A stretch of DNA of 64,000 bases from Dimargaris cristalligena (taxonomy: Eukaryota): assembly GCA_003614675.1 (NCBI GenBank), contig ML002230.1, positions 1-64,000 on the forward strand. The letters are read 5' to 3'. Shown here piece after piece: positions 10,361 through 23,100 of this stretch; position 1 is the first letter of the stretch, and each line of letters starts with the position of its first letter. The translations under genes and the position numbers were made by a program. The notes below the pieces were generated by a model, which saw nothing but the letters and a program-made list of their open reading frames with translations, ran no database searches and was not told the DNA's origin.

Positions 10361-13300
10361 GGTGGTAATGACTGGGCAGAGCCAATGTGTAGTCTATGAG
10401 AGGTGGATTAAAGATAAGTCGCCCAAGAAATATGAATAATATGCAGTAATACGGTAAAGGGTTGCAATGATAGTGAGAATGACCGACCAATGGGAAATGA
10501 AAAGAAGTAACTAAAACGACGAGTCAAATAATGAAGAGGGGTATCTGCTGTAAAGTTTTTGGGGTAGTTGGCCTGGGTATATATAACTGGTGAGGGAAAA
10601 TGGATTCGGACTGTTCGAACAGGGAATCGATAGTTCAAAACCAATGGGGCGAGCCCGCAGGCCAAAGCGAAGAGAGAAGGGAACGTGAGATAGAAGGGTC
10701 TATCGGACAAAGAGATTGTGATACGGCTGGCTGGAAACAAGAATTCCGAGTTACGACGGGGAGGGGAGGGGGATACACCGACGGCGGTCTTCACTCTTGC
10801 AAGTACTTTGCTAAGCAGCGGGTCCGTCCAGAATGGCCTATTTCGGGTGCTGGCGAGACAGTGCTGTCTGCTCCAGGGCCGAATAGAAGTGAATTGACGG
10901 GAAATAGGAGGGGGTCTATAATTAGCTGCCCGGAATAAGTAGAGGTCCAATATGCTAGCACTGGGTGACAAGGAAAGCCGCTCGGCCAAGTACCGTCACT
11001 TTGGAATTTTAGAAAGGAATACCACCACCCCGAGGGAGTTGTAGGTAAATGGGGGGGGTAGGTAATAGGGAGAGGGGGCACGAAAATGGCCGAAGGACTT
11101 CCACTAAGGTATGCAGTAGGTAAAAGTTGGAGGGGGAAATGAGCGGATGGAACCAGCAGAATTGAAGGTATATTTATATAAATAAATGGAGATATATATA
11201 TATATAAGAAAGGGGCAGAGACAGACAGGAAATGCCCAAAATCGAGGTTTGAATTAAGGATAAAATAAGATAATTTGTGAAAAGCCAGGCGATCTAGCAA
11301 TGAGGCGGCTGGGGGATTATATACCCCCCGGCTCCAATATCGGCCCTAGCAACTCCAAACAACGTTCCGGCTTTCCAATCTCCCAGTCGGTTGACATCGA
11401 TTACAACGGGTTCCTAATTTCGACCTTCCCGTGTTTATTGGGTGGTATTTTTATGGCAATATCAGGCAGCCTGGCGCATCCCTCCTTCCTTCTTGGGAAC
11501 ACTGTTTCGGTACAGCGGTGCCAATCCCCGGTACACTATACGGCAGTTGCTGTAAAATATAGGCCACAGCCCAATCCATAAGGACGCGCCTTTTAAAGTA
11601 TTATTCGAAATGGATCAGGTGGATTACCCGCTTCGCTAGCTGGCTTTCTTAGCCTCAGTTGGTCACATCCCCCCCAAGTATATGATGTAGCCGGGTGACT
11701 CAGCTCTAGTAGGCCTCTGCTGTAGTAGAAGGAGGAGGGGAAAAGAGATTGCCCATACCAGAGCTGCTTATAACAGTGAGCGGGGTGCCTTCTTCTACTA
11801 GGATAGTCAGGAGCCAATGGACTTATTATAAGTATACACCTGTATCCAATCGAAAGGCACCTAATCTAGACGGACAATCATTATCTGTTTAGCCAGCCGA
11901 ACATCTTGGGTATGAAAACCGCACTGGGCCAGAGTTCGAAGCTGTATGGACCTGGGCTTCAAGCGAGGGGGGGAGAGGCATTGCCAATAGCAATGGAACA
12001 CTACTGGCTGGTGGTTTTTTCTTCGGACACCCAACCCAAGTAAAAGGACTCTCGATAATATAGTGGACCAGCCCCTCTCGATCAGGGAGTAATAATGGGC
12101 CAAAGGGGAAATGAACGAATTACCGGGGGCTCTCTCACTGGTGCACACATTTTTTGATTTCCGCTGCTGCTTAGGATTTTATCCAGGTTCACTTAAGCCA
12201 CCACCATAACCCACTATTTGCGTCGAAGGGAATCCTGAAGCAAGTACCGAACTGCCTTAACCTTAAACACACCCGCTCGTAGATTTGGCCCCAACTAAGC
12301 CAATGAATCTAACCAGGGGGTAGGCCAAAGGTGAAGGGTGGAACGCTACCCTTCCCATATACACGATTGGCAATGGCCCCTCCTTTTGGAGAACGGGCCT
12401 ATATGGATTTCGGTCCTGCTGCAGCCCGTGGTTAACAAACCCGGCCGGAGCATTTGTTACGAAGGGTACCCACTGGCTGGGTTAAAGTCGTAGACTGGTT
12501 AGGGCTAGTTAATAAAATCCCTCACTAGTTGTAGCCGACTTTTCCCCGCCCACTCAGCCAACAGTGTGATGGGTATATTTATTCCAACCCACCAACAGCG
12601 GGGGAGCACTAGCGCCATTCTCCAAGGGGAGGGGGTCACCCCTTTGCTTGGCAGCCAGTAGGCTTAACCAGGGCCGAGTCCAGCTTTTCCACAGTTCACT
12701 CGCCCTGTCTAACAGCCTCCCCATCCCTTACTCTAGAAGGCGTAGAAGCCAGGGTATTGTAGGTGGCATTTCTCCATCCCTGGGCGTTGGGAAGAATCGG
12801 TTGGCCGCATGGTCTAAAACAGTGGTTTTGTTATGGTCTGACTGTTGAAGTGTGCGTGCGAGGCGGGGCTCATTCACACGAACAGCTGGGAATCCTACTT
12901 TGGGAATTTTTATGTTTAGATTCCCCCAGAGAACACCTGCGAATGGTAAATAGCAGGGCCATTCCTCGGCGTTTATAAAATAGCTAGTTAACCGGGACAG
13001 CCCCTCCCTGCATGAATAGAGCGCGTGGGTAAGGGTTGGCAAATTAAAACATAGGATAATGGCCCACCCATCGCATCGGTGCCATAATGGGGCACATTGG
13101 GGATTACTATTCCTACGCAGCCGGCCTATTGTAGCACTCACTGGTACGGTATAATTCGGTTTAGTGGAGGGATAAAGCCCCCCGTGTAGAATAGAGGTCC
13201 ACTTGTACCTCGTACCGATGCATCACCCATACATATTATTTCCTGGGCCAATGTTGACCCCAAACCAGCCAAGTAGGGTTGATGTGCCCAAGGATGGCGT

Positions 13301-16163
13301 CTACTTTCCTGGCATCAGTGGATACCATGGGCCAGGCTAACGATATTACCCCGTGCCCCACTAGGTAGATGGAATGCCAGTACCGGAATGGCGGACTAGA
13401 AAATTGAGGCCCTAGATGGACATGTCCAAAAATAGTGACCACCGGCCTATCATTATTACCCCAGGCTATCCGTCATTCACCAATAAAAACAGGCAATCCC
13501 CATCGAGTATCAGTGACGATTTTGAAATTGAGACGACTGTTCGGGCCGTTTTATCTTACTGAACAGCGAGTACTCGGAGTTGCGGATGGTTCCGTTGAAT
13601 AAAGACAATCGTTTCCCTCAGTTAGGGTACCACATGTGATGTTCACCTTAAGCTCTTTGGCCAAGCCAATATGACGGGTATCGCTGGTTAAGGTTCCCAT
13701 CATAGCCCACCAAGTCGATCGCGCTACAGGCTCAGCCAATAGCTTTCTTGTGAAATATACATCAGTATAAGCCTGACTAACCACCCGTAAGAAACTCGAT
13801 GCATCCGCAACCCACCGATTAGGCGCTTTGGAGAATGGCTAGAATTGCGGGCCTGTCTGTGAGTGCTCGTGGATTAATCCCCCAACGCTCTATTTTTTCT
13901 GGCATGCAAGATTAAAATCTTTAATGTGTACGATGGGGCAAATCAGTGACGGGAGTAGGACCTTCTGATAAGAAACGTCCGCCTACAAGAACTAGAAAGT
14001 GAAGTGAATACGACCTCAATATTTCACATCCCAAATTTAGATTGGATTGGCTAAAGACTTACAAAGGCCAATCCGCTTCACAGGACTGTCATCAATGTAT
14101 ATGGATTAGGGTAAATGCTGCTAAAAAACCCCTAATATACCTCTTGATTTACCGACGGCTTTAGGAAATGGTAGGATGTGCGGAGACTAGCCTTTGAAAC
14201 AATTGTAAGCCTTTGGCTTCTACGTTTGATGCACTTGCTGTGGCATATAGCATATGTGTCTTCTAGAGCAATGTAATTTTGGCCAGAGTTATTTTTTTTA
14301 TTAAAATAAAAAAAACCACCCAATAACTTCTGAAAGAAACCATTTACCAACTAAAGGATAAAGCCTACCTCGACTACTAATGAGCGTATATCTTACATAT
14401 GGCAGTAGAGCTCGCCCCACCGGCGGATAGGCTTCGAAGGGCTCTCTCAGCCTAGATCTTCCCAAATACTACGCCTAATGGAGGTACCTGAGCCAACACT
14501 CTTCGTATTAATCAGGCCTGGTATATTTATTTAATACAGGCGTAGTAAAAGAGGGGCTAGTCATTGACGTCAACAGTGTATTGAACCTCGCTAGACCTGG
14601 CTAGTTATGTTGTAGATTAGTGGAAGTGACAATGCCCATGGCAATAAATCTACACCCAATATTCAACGGTGCACTCACTTACCTGTATGTAGCCAGCTAT
14701 CCAGTACAGTGATATACGTTCGTGATTCTCCACAAGTGACTAACCGACTACCCGATACAGAACTTCAGTAGACACACTGACTGACTCAGTTCTTGGGCCT
14801 TAGTAGGTCGACGAGACTGGGTAGCTCCAGTTCTTTAAAGAATTGCCACTGTTCATCAGTGAAATGAACCAGTCCTAGATGAAACGATAGTATGATCATT
14901 ATCCATACTGGGTACATGAACCCGCTGGGCTAACCGGCTCATTACTGCTTCTTTCCACCATTGAAACCAGACCCGTCATCACCGGAATCTACCCTATAAC
15001 CCGATGGGCTAATTGGCAAACATATATATCTTTTGATAGCAAACTTCTTACGAGCTAGTATTCCAGTTTTTATTATGGCATGGTTCGCGGTTTGTCTAAC
15101 TCGCCTTTCCGCTTGATCACTGTGGGTAAAAAGTCGGTTCAGAAGTGGATTGGACTGTAGCCCATACAGTGCCCCATATGCCTGGTTAGTGTTACTAGGG
15201 CACTCCCCGGTGTTGACATGAGCCCCACGCTACACATCATTGACCTCGATGCCACTGGGCATTGGCACTAAACAGTTGATCTGGGAAAATAACGAGCTAT
15301 AGTTGATGAAGTAATTCTGCTCCCTAGCCTGTGTATCCCCAACTCTTTACTTGGGGTAGCGGTGCCTGAATAATAGGACTAGAGTAGCCCATGTAGAACA
15401 TATTTTTGGCCCCGACTGGCTAGCCAATCCCCCACCCCGTCATAGGACAATCCTGACCTTGGGGCTAGGCTACACTTGTCATTTAGAGGGTGATATCTAC
15501 CCGTGTTAAACAGCTTTAAACAATCAAAGAGGCCACTAAAATGAGGGATTAACAGATGTTACGCCGCAGTGCTACTAAATAAACAGCGTATGGGAGTAGT
15601 TCAGCAAGGCTGTATAGCGAAAAATCCGTTTGATGAGGCAAATACTACTGGTTGAAAATAAACATCCCACCGATTTTCCCATACACATATCAGTTAAATT
15701 CTTATATAGCTAAGCTGAACTTCACCCATATGCACCCCAACAGTGTACACTTATAGCTGTGTGCATAAGCATAGTGGGTAATTCAATATTGACGGCCGTT
15801 GGCTATACTGTATTGTGGTTGTATTCCATGAGGTACTGATCATGAAACGATGAAAGGGTATTTTACATTGGCGACCAATCGGTATTTGATCAAAGGAATA
15901 AAATTAACAGGGTTGGGTATCCCGGGGCTGGTCCATCAAATCTTAACCTGTACTAATAAATAAAGGTGTAGCGGCACATCCAGGATTACGCTGGGTCCAG
16001 CAGCAATCTGCGTATGGTTGGAAGTAGTATTTACATTATATTATTAGTTTTTGGGAACGGTGGTGGGGTCAGTGCCAAGTGAAAGAGTAAATTAAGGTAT
16101 GTATCAGTATTCATAGACATAATCGGACATATGGTAGTCGACCTTCTATTACATTCCAACACG

Positions 16164-17693
16164 CTAACCATGTAGACGTAGATACACGTTATGATACAGG
16201 AAATCAACCACATCGGTGTGGGCCGACTCGAACATGTCTTGGTGGTATCGCCCATGGGAAATTGAATCCTGGATGATACCAACGGATGCGATCTTGACCT
16301 GGGTTAAGAGCTCGGACCCGGGTAAGAAAAATCGCTGAGCGAACATATTGAACGCCAATACTGCTGAGGGATTGCTGCGAACCGAAAACCCGGTGGGTTG
16401 GAGAAACTTGAACTTGGTGGGCTTCTCGCCGGCATACAGTTCAGACGTACTTTCAAGGAGGTCGGAAGTGGCCAGTCCATATTCCGACGTAGGGTATAAG
16501 ATTGACTCGGACAGCGCAGTCGTGAGGGGATACGCCTGGTCATACGTATCCACAGAGGCTAAGCTAGGAAGGTGAAGTGCACTATCATCGCCCGAAATAA
16601 GGCGGTGAGTTAGAATTGGATTGAGCTCAGAACTCTCGGTGCTCGCTAGCTGATCCATGAGCTCCCGGTACTCCTCCAGGAATATAACTGCTTCGACGCA
16701 AAGACACCGTACAGCCATGTCCTTGAAATGGTGTAGGGTGGCGGGCTGGTTCAGGGAGCGAGCGAATTCGTTGAAGTTCGGGGAGCGCCAGGTTAAATCA
16801 TTAGGGGTTTTGTCGGAACTGGTCGTATGAGTCAGCGGACGGTAGGGGTGATAAAGAACCCGGAACACGGGCAAGGTCACTGACGAAGTGTGGATTACCA
16901 GCATAGCGAGAAGAAACCAGGCAAGGGAACTGACTACATTGCGGTAGTGCCGAAAGAATAGCTGCCAAACCAAAAACATCAGTTCACCAATGGTGGACGC
17001 ACAGCAGCACACAATAAGGTCAGTACGGATTCCGTAGGCGTCATTGATTTTCCAAAGCCGCCGAATTACCAGGGGGAAGATTATCAGTATGTGGATAGCT
17101 ACCCACGCCAACATGGGGTAGTAGGGCCATGCCAGCTTACAGTCCCGCCCCAATGGGCGCAGCGAAAACATGTCGTAGTAGATATTGACCAAAAGGTCAT
17201 ACACAGCCGTAAATATACATAATACCAGTAAATAGGCCAGTAGGTATTTTTCGCTGATGAGAGTCTGGTAATGAATCCGAAACCAGCGCAGGGGGTCGTC
17301 CGCGGGTGGAGCCTTAGGGGGCAACTGGTGCTGGATTCGGGCCTGGTTCGCGTTGGTAGTGGATATAAGGCGAATCGCCCGGGCTGACGCGGTAAACGTG
17401 AGCAACAGGCACCCGAAGTTCATGCCCCAGAGTAAAAGGAAACACGGATACACGTTTTCGTTCAACATGCTACCTAGGCCGCTGAGGATGACCTGAGTAA
17501 GAATAGTAAAGCTCTGCACCATAGTTAGTCGCATGGAGCGTTGCTGGATATCCCGAATATGCTGACCCCGCCAGTAAAACAGGGCCGTGGTGATGACCAC
17601 GTAAAGAACGGCAACCCCAGTTACGGTACCAAATACGGCGAATTTAACCACAGGTGAGCTGGGGATCGGGTCCGTTGGGTCTGGCGAGGACAT
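16164..17693 (-). CDS. 7-transmembrane receptor with C-terminal RGS domain, paralog 2
   Basis: Seven hydrophobic segments, YPCF at TM3, DAYGIRTDL. RGS halves FARSLNQPATLHHFKDMAVRCLCVEAVIFLEEY and FAQRFFLPGSELL..MFESAHTDVVDFLYHNVYLR; intronless, 509 aa. Confidence 0.87.
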   Translation of the reverse strand: MSSPDPTDPIPSSPVVKFAVFGTVTGVAVLYVVITTALFYWRGQHIRDIQQRSMRLTMVQSFTILTQVILSGLGSMLNENVYPCFLLLWGMNFGCLLLTFTASARAIRLISTTNANQARIQHQLPPKAPPADDPLRWFRIHYQTLISEKYLLAYLLVLCIFTAVYDLLVNIYYDMFSLRPLGRDCKLAWPYYPMLAWVAIHILIIFPLVIRRLWKINDAYGIRTDLIVCCCASTIGELMFLVWQLFFRHYRNVVSSLAWFLLAMLVIHTSSVTLPVFRVLYHPYRPLTHTTSSDKTPNDLTWRSPNFNEFARSLNQPATLHHFKDMAVRCLCVEAVIFLEEYRELMDQLASTESSELNPILTHRLISGDDSALHLPSLASVDTYDQAYPLTTALSESILYPTSEYGLATSDLLESTSELYAGEKPTKFKFLQPTGFSVRSNPSAVLAFNMFAQRFFLPGSELLTQVKIASVGIIQDSISHGRYHQDMFESAHTDVVDFLYHNVYLRLHG

Positions 17694-20117
17694 GGTATAA
17701 AAATGAATTTTGCAATAGGATCTATTGGCAGAATAATGATACAGGGTGTACTCTGAAATATATTATGTCATGTAATGGTAGGTGGGCTACAGGGGCAGAG
17801 TATAATGGTATTATCGACAGAATAGAAGGTGTGTCATAAGATTGGAAGCGTCAAGGCTCCGCTGGGGCTATGTGCAAAAAAAACGGGACTCTTTTAAGTC
17901 CAGCTCGAGGGAGGAAATACTATCAAGGTATACATTAGCGATTAAGGAAGGTACGGGCATGTAGTAGTGACATTAATGTAGGAAGAAATTCGTGCACCAT
18001 TGGGGGGCGCCTCGGCCTTTTAAGTAACTACCACCAGTATCAACGGGAGAGTGTGGCAATGGAAGCCATACAGGGGTGTGGGGGGCTTTTGGTGAAGGTG
18101 GGGTGATGGATGAGCCCTGATGTTCCAGCGTCTTTGTATATTCTAGTTGTGGCGACTGGTTCTTGTATTCGCCCAATTAGGCATCCTTGTATCACGAAGG
18201 GCTGGCTCATATCGGACTGTCGGAATGGGAATATTGGCTATTCACTCCGCTGTGGCCCTTTAATTCAGCCGGGGTGGTAAAGTCCGAATGATTGCCACTT
18301 ATTCGCGAAATTACCAGCACCATTGGCGGTTAAAGTACAGGAGCGTACATCTTTTAATAGTCACCAGCTGCTCAGCCGTAAACTAACCGCCGATGGGATC
18401 AGAGTTATATGGAGCCTGGGTTCGCTATTTGTATTAATAGATTTAGATATTGTTATTGGCAACTTTGGTATGCGGTAGATGGACTACGTTGGTATATGAT
18501 CCAGCAGTAGATTGGTGGTCTAGCAAAATTGGTTCACTTCCAGCGTATATGGACCGCGAATACCGTTCGCTCCGTGAGGGCCGATCCGAAGGATCTTGTT
18601 TTGCCCTTCTTTGTGCGACTTATTTTCGTAGCCCTATCCTGAGAAATACCCCCGTTGATGACGATCTGGCCTTTCCCTGCCAATCATGGAACGGGGCGGG
18701 TGGGCAGTTCGGCGCTCAGCTGGTCAGGCGGGACGGTGAGATACTAGTTTGAGCCAGCATAGTCAACAACAACTATAAGCCGCTCCCTAAGCCTGGACAC
18801 TCTCCGTCCGTGTCGACTGCGTACTGCCCCTGATACAGCCGTCAATAGTAGTCGTACAGCCAGGGTCCAATGTACTACCACAACAGAAGCCACTCCATTC
18901 CCACTCCCATTAGCTGGAGTGCCACCACCATTAGTCGTTGAGTTTTCCGTCAACTACTGTACCATTTACCCATTACTCCCCTGCCCCTTCGGCCTATCCC
19001 TATTAATTCAGCCCCCACCATCGGAAGCGATCTTCCAAATCAGTAACTCCAAATGGCGAAGCCCCTCTCATAAAAGGGGGACGGCGAGTGATCAAAAGAG
19101 CCGGGTGGTTATTGGCTGCCAGTTATAGAGTGATTGGTATTTACTCATGAGGTTGATTACCAGAGAGGAAAATAGTATCCCCCCTCGGTCCCTCAGCAGC
19201 TTGCTGTTAGCCATTTATACCCCATGGTAAATTGTATTTGGTGGAGAGGGCACTCGGAACGGTGTCAATTGAGGTGCTGATTATGAAATACATATACATA
19301 TATTTGGTAGTATTGTTATTTTCCCCCGTGAGCTTTTCGTTGGCCCAAAACCAACAGGGAAAACATCAAGGTAATTTGGTTCAGCTTACAAAAGGTGGGG
19401 GATATATACTACTTAACATATGCCTACTGCAGTACCATGAATTGAATAGGCCACTATAGTACAGGGCTGTGGAAGGTAGACAGGTGGATAATTGCTCAAT
19501 AAAATAAGAGCCCCTGATCAGCCATTCTAAGGAAGGATATGCCAACTTGAGCGACGTGGAGGGTGACAAGACGATCCTTTAATTCCAACTTCACCCTTTA
19601 ATTAGGCCTAAAATCTAATTCGACCTGTTATTCTATGAATGTTTGACCACCAGATCATCTTAAAAAGAAAGCTGGCCCAATTGGTGCAGCACCCTTTTAT
19701 ACGATAGTTAAAGTGAAATGAAGATTTCACAGACGTTCTCCTTTTCGGGGACTATGGGCAGCCCCATAACCTAAACGGGTGACTGCTCATGTGTACAGCG
19801 AAGTGGCAATAGGAATTCAGGGAACGCCTACCCCTCCAACAGAACATGTTCACAATCGTTCTTATTTCAGATCCTTTTTCCTATAAATCGTCGATCTCCG
19901 TCGAATCCAGCCATCCGTCCTCCTTCGATCAAACTTAGTTAACTCCACCAAAGGGCCATATGGGTCACTGCACGTTCACTCAAGGAAAATAGGTGGAGAT
20001 AAAAGGGTTTATTTTAGGGGAATCAAAAACAATAGTGACATCGAGATAAGTACGTGGAGGCTTATAGATGGAACTAAATGTCATTTCAGTGATGGCTGGG
20101 TGGCTCTCATCAAGAGT

Positions 20118-23100
20118 CTATGGCATAATGTCCGCCAAATTGAAATAGGGGTCGAGGTCTACCACTGAGCTGCTCATATGGGCAGCCGGGACGGTGTCAC
20201 TGTGGACGTTAAAGGGCGAAACCTTCATATTGCGGGAGGTAGACGATACTCGCTTGGCGAACCATTTACTCTGGTCCATCTATTTGTACGGAAAGTAATA
20301 CAGGACAAACCGTGGTTATAAAGGGTGTTAAAAGACAACGAAGACAAAGCAGCGGTGGTAGATGTCTTCGACTAGATAGTAAGTGTTTCCTCAAAATACT
20401 TGAGTATTGCGGGTACGGGGCGGCCATCCCAAAAAGGTACCGTAGAGGGGGATAGCAAGGAGTAAAGTATGATACAGTAACTCGGCGATCGATACATATT
20501 TTTAAATTCACGCCATTGAATCGTTCACCAGGTCTCTGGGGTGACTTCCGGATCATAAACTTACCCCAATGATACTCTGCAAAAACATTTTGCAGACGGC
20601 CTTCTTTTCCTTTTGGGACCCAGTCGCGACGATTTTAGCGTTGAACGCATCAATGTCGGCCGCAGTGACTCCAGGAATTGTGGTAAGGACTTGCTGGGGG
20701 ATATCGGTTACTGGTCGGAAAGTAGTGTAAATGACAGCCACCAGTCCAATAATCACCTCTTGGTTGTCCGCATGGTAGGGGTCGTTGAGGGCCTAAAACG
20801 GGTACAATATAATAAAGGTTATGGTTTGTCCCCCCCCCCACCCCGTGAAGCACATGTACGTACGTACATTTCCGAAACAGGAAAAACAAAAAATCCCGAA
20901 TTAATACATTTATATTTAAATCCCTTGGTCTACAGTAGCCGGCCTGCCTAGGGTGGTTGGTCGAGTATCCGGTCCGATGAACGGAACTAACCCAACCAAG
21001 TGTAGCAGAATTAGGATATGGCACAAGAACTTACCTGGAAAGCGGCGAGCAGTAGGTCACGGGCTACCACGGGGTAGAGATGGGGATAATCGACCCATTT
21101 GGGGCTCATTTTCATCACCGTATTGACTGCAGCGAGGGAGCAGATAGAGTCCTTAAGGCAGAGCAGCATGCCAAACTGGCGAATAACGGCCACCGAGAGC
21201 GCGGGGTGGGACAGGATGTACTCAATGGTGTTGGTCACCGTTGGGGTGGGGGGAGCAGCAGCGGCCGCTGATCCTTCACGGGCAACAAAGTCCATATTGA
21301 CCAGCTTGACGATCAGATCGGTCCAAGCCTTGGTTAGGCTGCGCAGCATATTCTCAGTTACGATTTCATCCGTAACGTCGGAAATCTCCACCTCCCCTGT
21401 ATTATAGCGCTCCTGCTCTTCCGGCGTGGACAGGAACAGGCCACGTTGGACGAGGGCGCTCCATTCGGTCGTCAGTTTGCCCTGCATGAATTCAAGCAAG
21501 GGGCACAAGAAGCCGGGCAGGAACGAGTCGAGCTGGGCCAGGGGGGCGTCCATGGCCACTGGGACAATGACATGCTGGATAAGCTGCTTCCAGTGGTAAT
21601 TGGAAATATACGCCGAGTTCCCAAAGACCAATTTGGACACGTGGCCTAGACCGGGGTCGACCTTGTAGAAATTGTCCAAGGATACCAGCAGGCCCAGTAG
21701 TTCATAGCTGGTCTCCCGGGCGATATCCAGCCAGTTCTTGAGTGCACGTAGCGCGATTTGAAAGGGAGAGCCCAGGCGGGGGGAGGGGGCCTTGGCCTCG
21801 TCCTTCTTCCCCAACTGGCCCAGAGACTGATTGTTAATCAGCGTGCGCCGCTCTAATTCACTCATGTCCACGATGGCCTGGAATTCCGGATCGATCTGGG
21901 TCAGGAACTGGCGGCTCCAGAGGCCATGGATGTGGTGGATCAGGTGCAGCAACTGGGGCAACACGGTGGGGAGACACCGCTCCCAGACCACGGCGATGGA
22001 CTCGGTGGGCTTACGGGGGTTTACGGTACGCCGGGCCAGTACGAAGAACACGCTGAGGGCCTGCAGCAAGTCGTTGCGGCGGTCTTTGATTAGCGTATAC
22101 TCGGGCTCGCGGATATTTTCTTGGGCCTGGTTCAGATAGGGTACGCCCAGGAGCTCCAGGAAGCCGGTTTCGGTTTCGCAGTAGGGCTGCAGCTCCGCCC
22201 ATTTGGTCAGGAAAGGGTTGATGATGGACGAGGACACATTAAGTTTGTCCTCCAAGGGGGCGGACGAGTGGAAGCAAATCGTTAGCAAAAAATCGTAAAT
22301 ATGGAACTTGTTGGATTGCGGGACTCGGGAATTGTGGACAATGCGTCCAGCGGCCTCACTGACTTGCGGGTAGCAGCGGAGGAAGGTGTCAGGAATAGCT
22401 AGGGCCAGCTTAACCAGGGTGGTGGCGCACTTGCGCTGCACCTGGAAGGCCTGCCAGTTGTGAATGGTGCCGTTGGCGCGGGCCATGGGCGATTCCGAGT
22501 ATTCCGGTTCGGCCTGCAGCATCAGGGCAAAGACCTTTTCCAGGAACATGAACAGTAGCTGGTCGTTGCGCTGGAAGACGGAACTGAAATTGCAAAAGGT
22601 CTGCAGTTGGCGAGTCACGGTGTCCTCGTGCAGGGGACTGAATTCCAGCAGTCGTTCGCATAAGCCATCCTTGACTTGGTTTACAGCTGATTCCGTGGCG
22701 GGGTCGAGTCCGTTCAAAGGAGTGTCCATCACGAAAGCGGTAATGTAAAGGGCCGTCTCCTGCTCGATATCGAATCGGTCAGAGGCAGGGCGGGCAAATA
22801 CCGGGCGCAATTGCTCGTAGAGCCACGCGAGGGTATCCGCTGGGTTGATGATCACCGCCTGCTGGATAAGCTCAAGGGCCCGGAGACGGATACCCACAAA
22901 GTAGTTGCGCTGTAGACCTAAGCCATCGAACTCGGGCAGAAGACTATCCTCGGGATCTACGTTGCACGCGTGCAATACGGTACCACATTGGATGGCCAGA
23001 TTGATACAGAGCATCAGCATGCGTGGGAGGGGCAGTTGGGCCCGGAGCCATTCGCCGGTGCGCTTGTGCTTATAGGCGGCCGTCCATACCGGCATCACCT

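Noticed and set aside
18744-18953. 69-aa ORF with a Gly/Asn start, hydrophobic stretch and Arg-rich end
   Set aside because: Non-ATG start, low complexity, and no splice or homology support.
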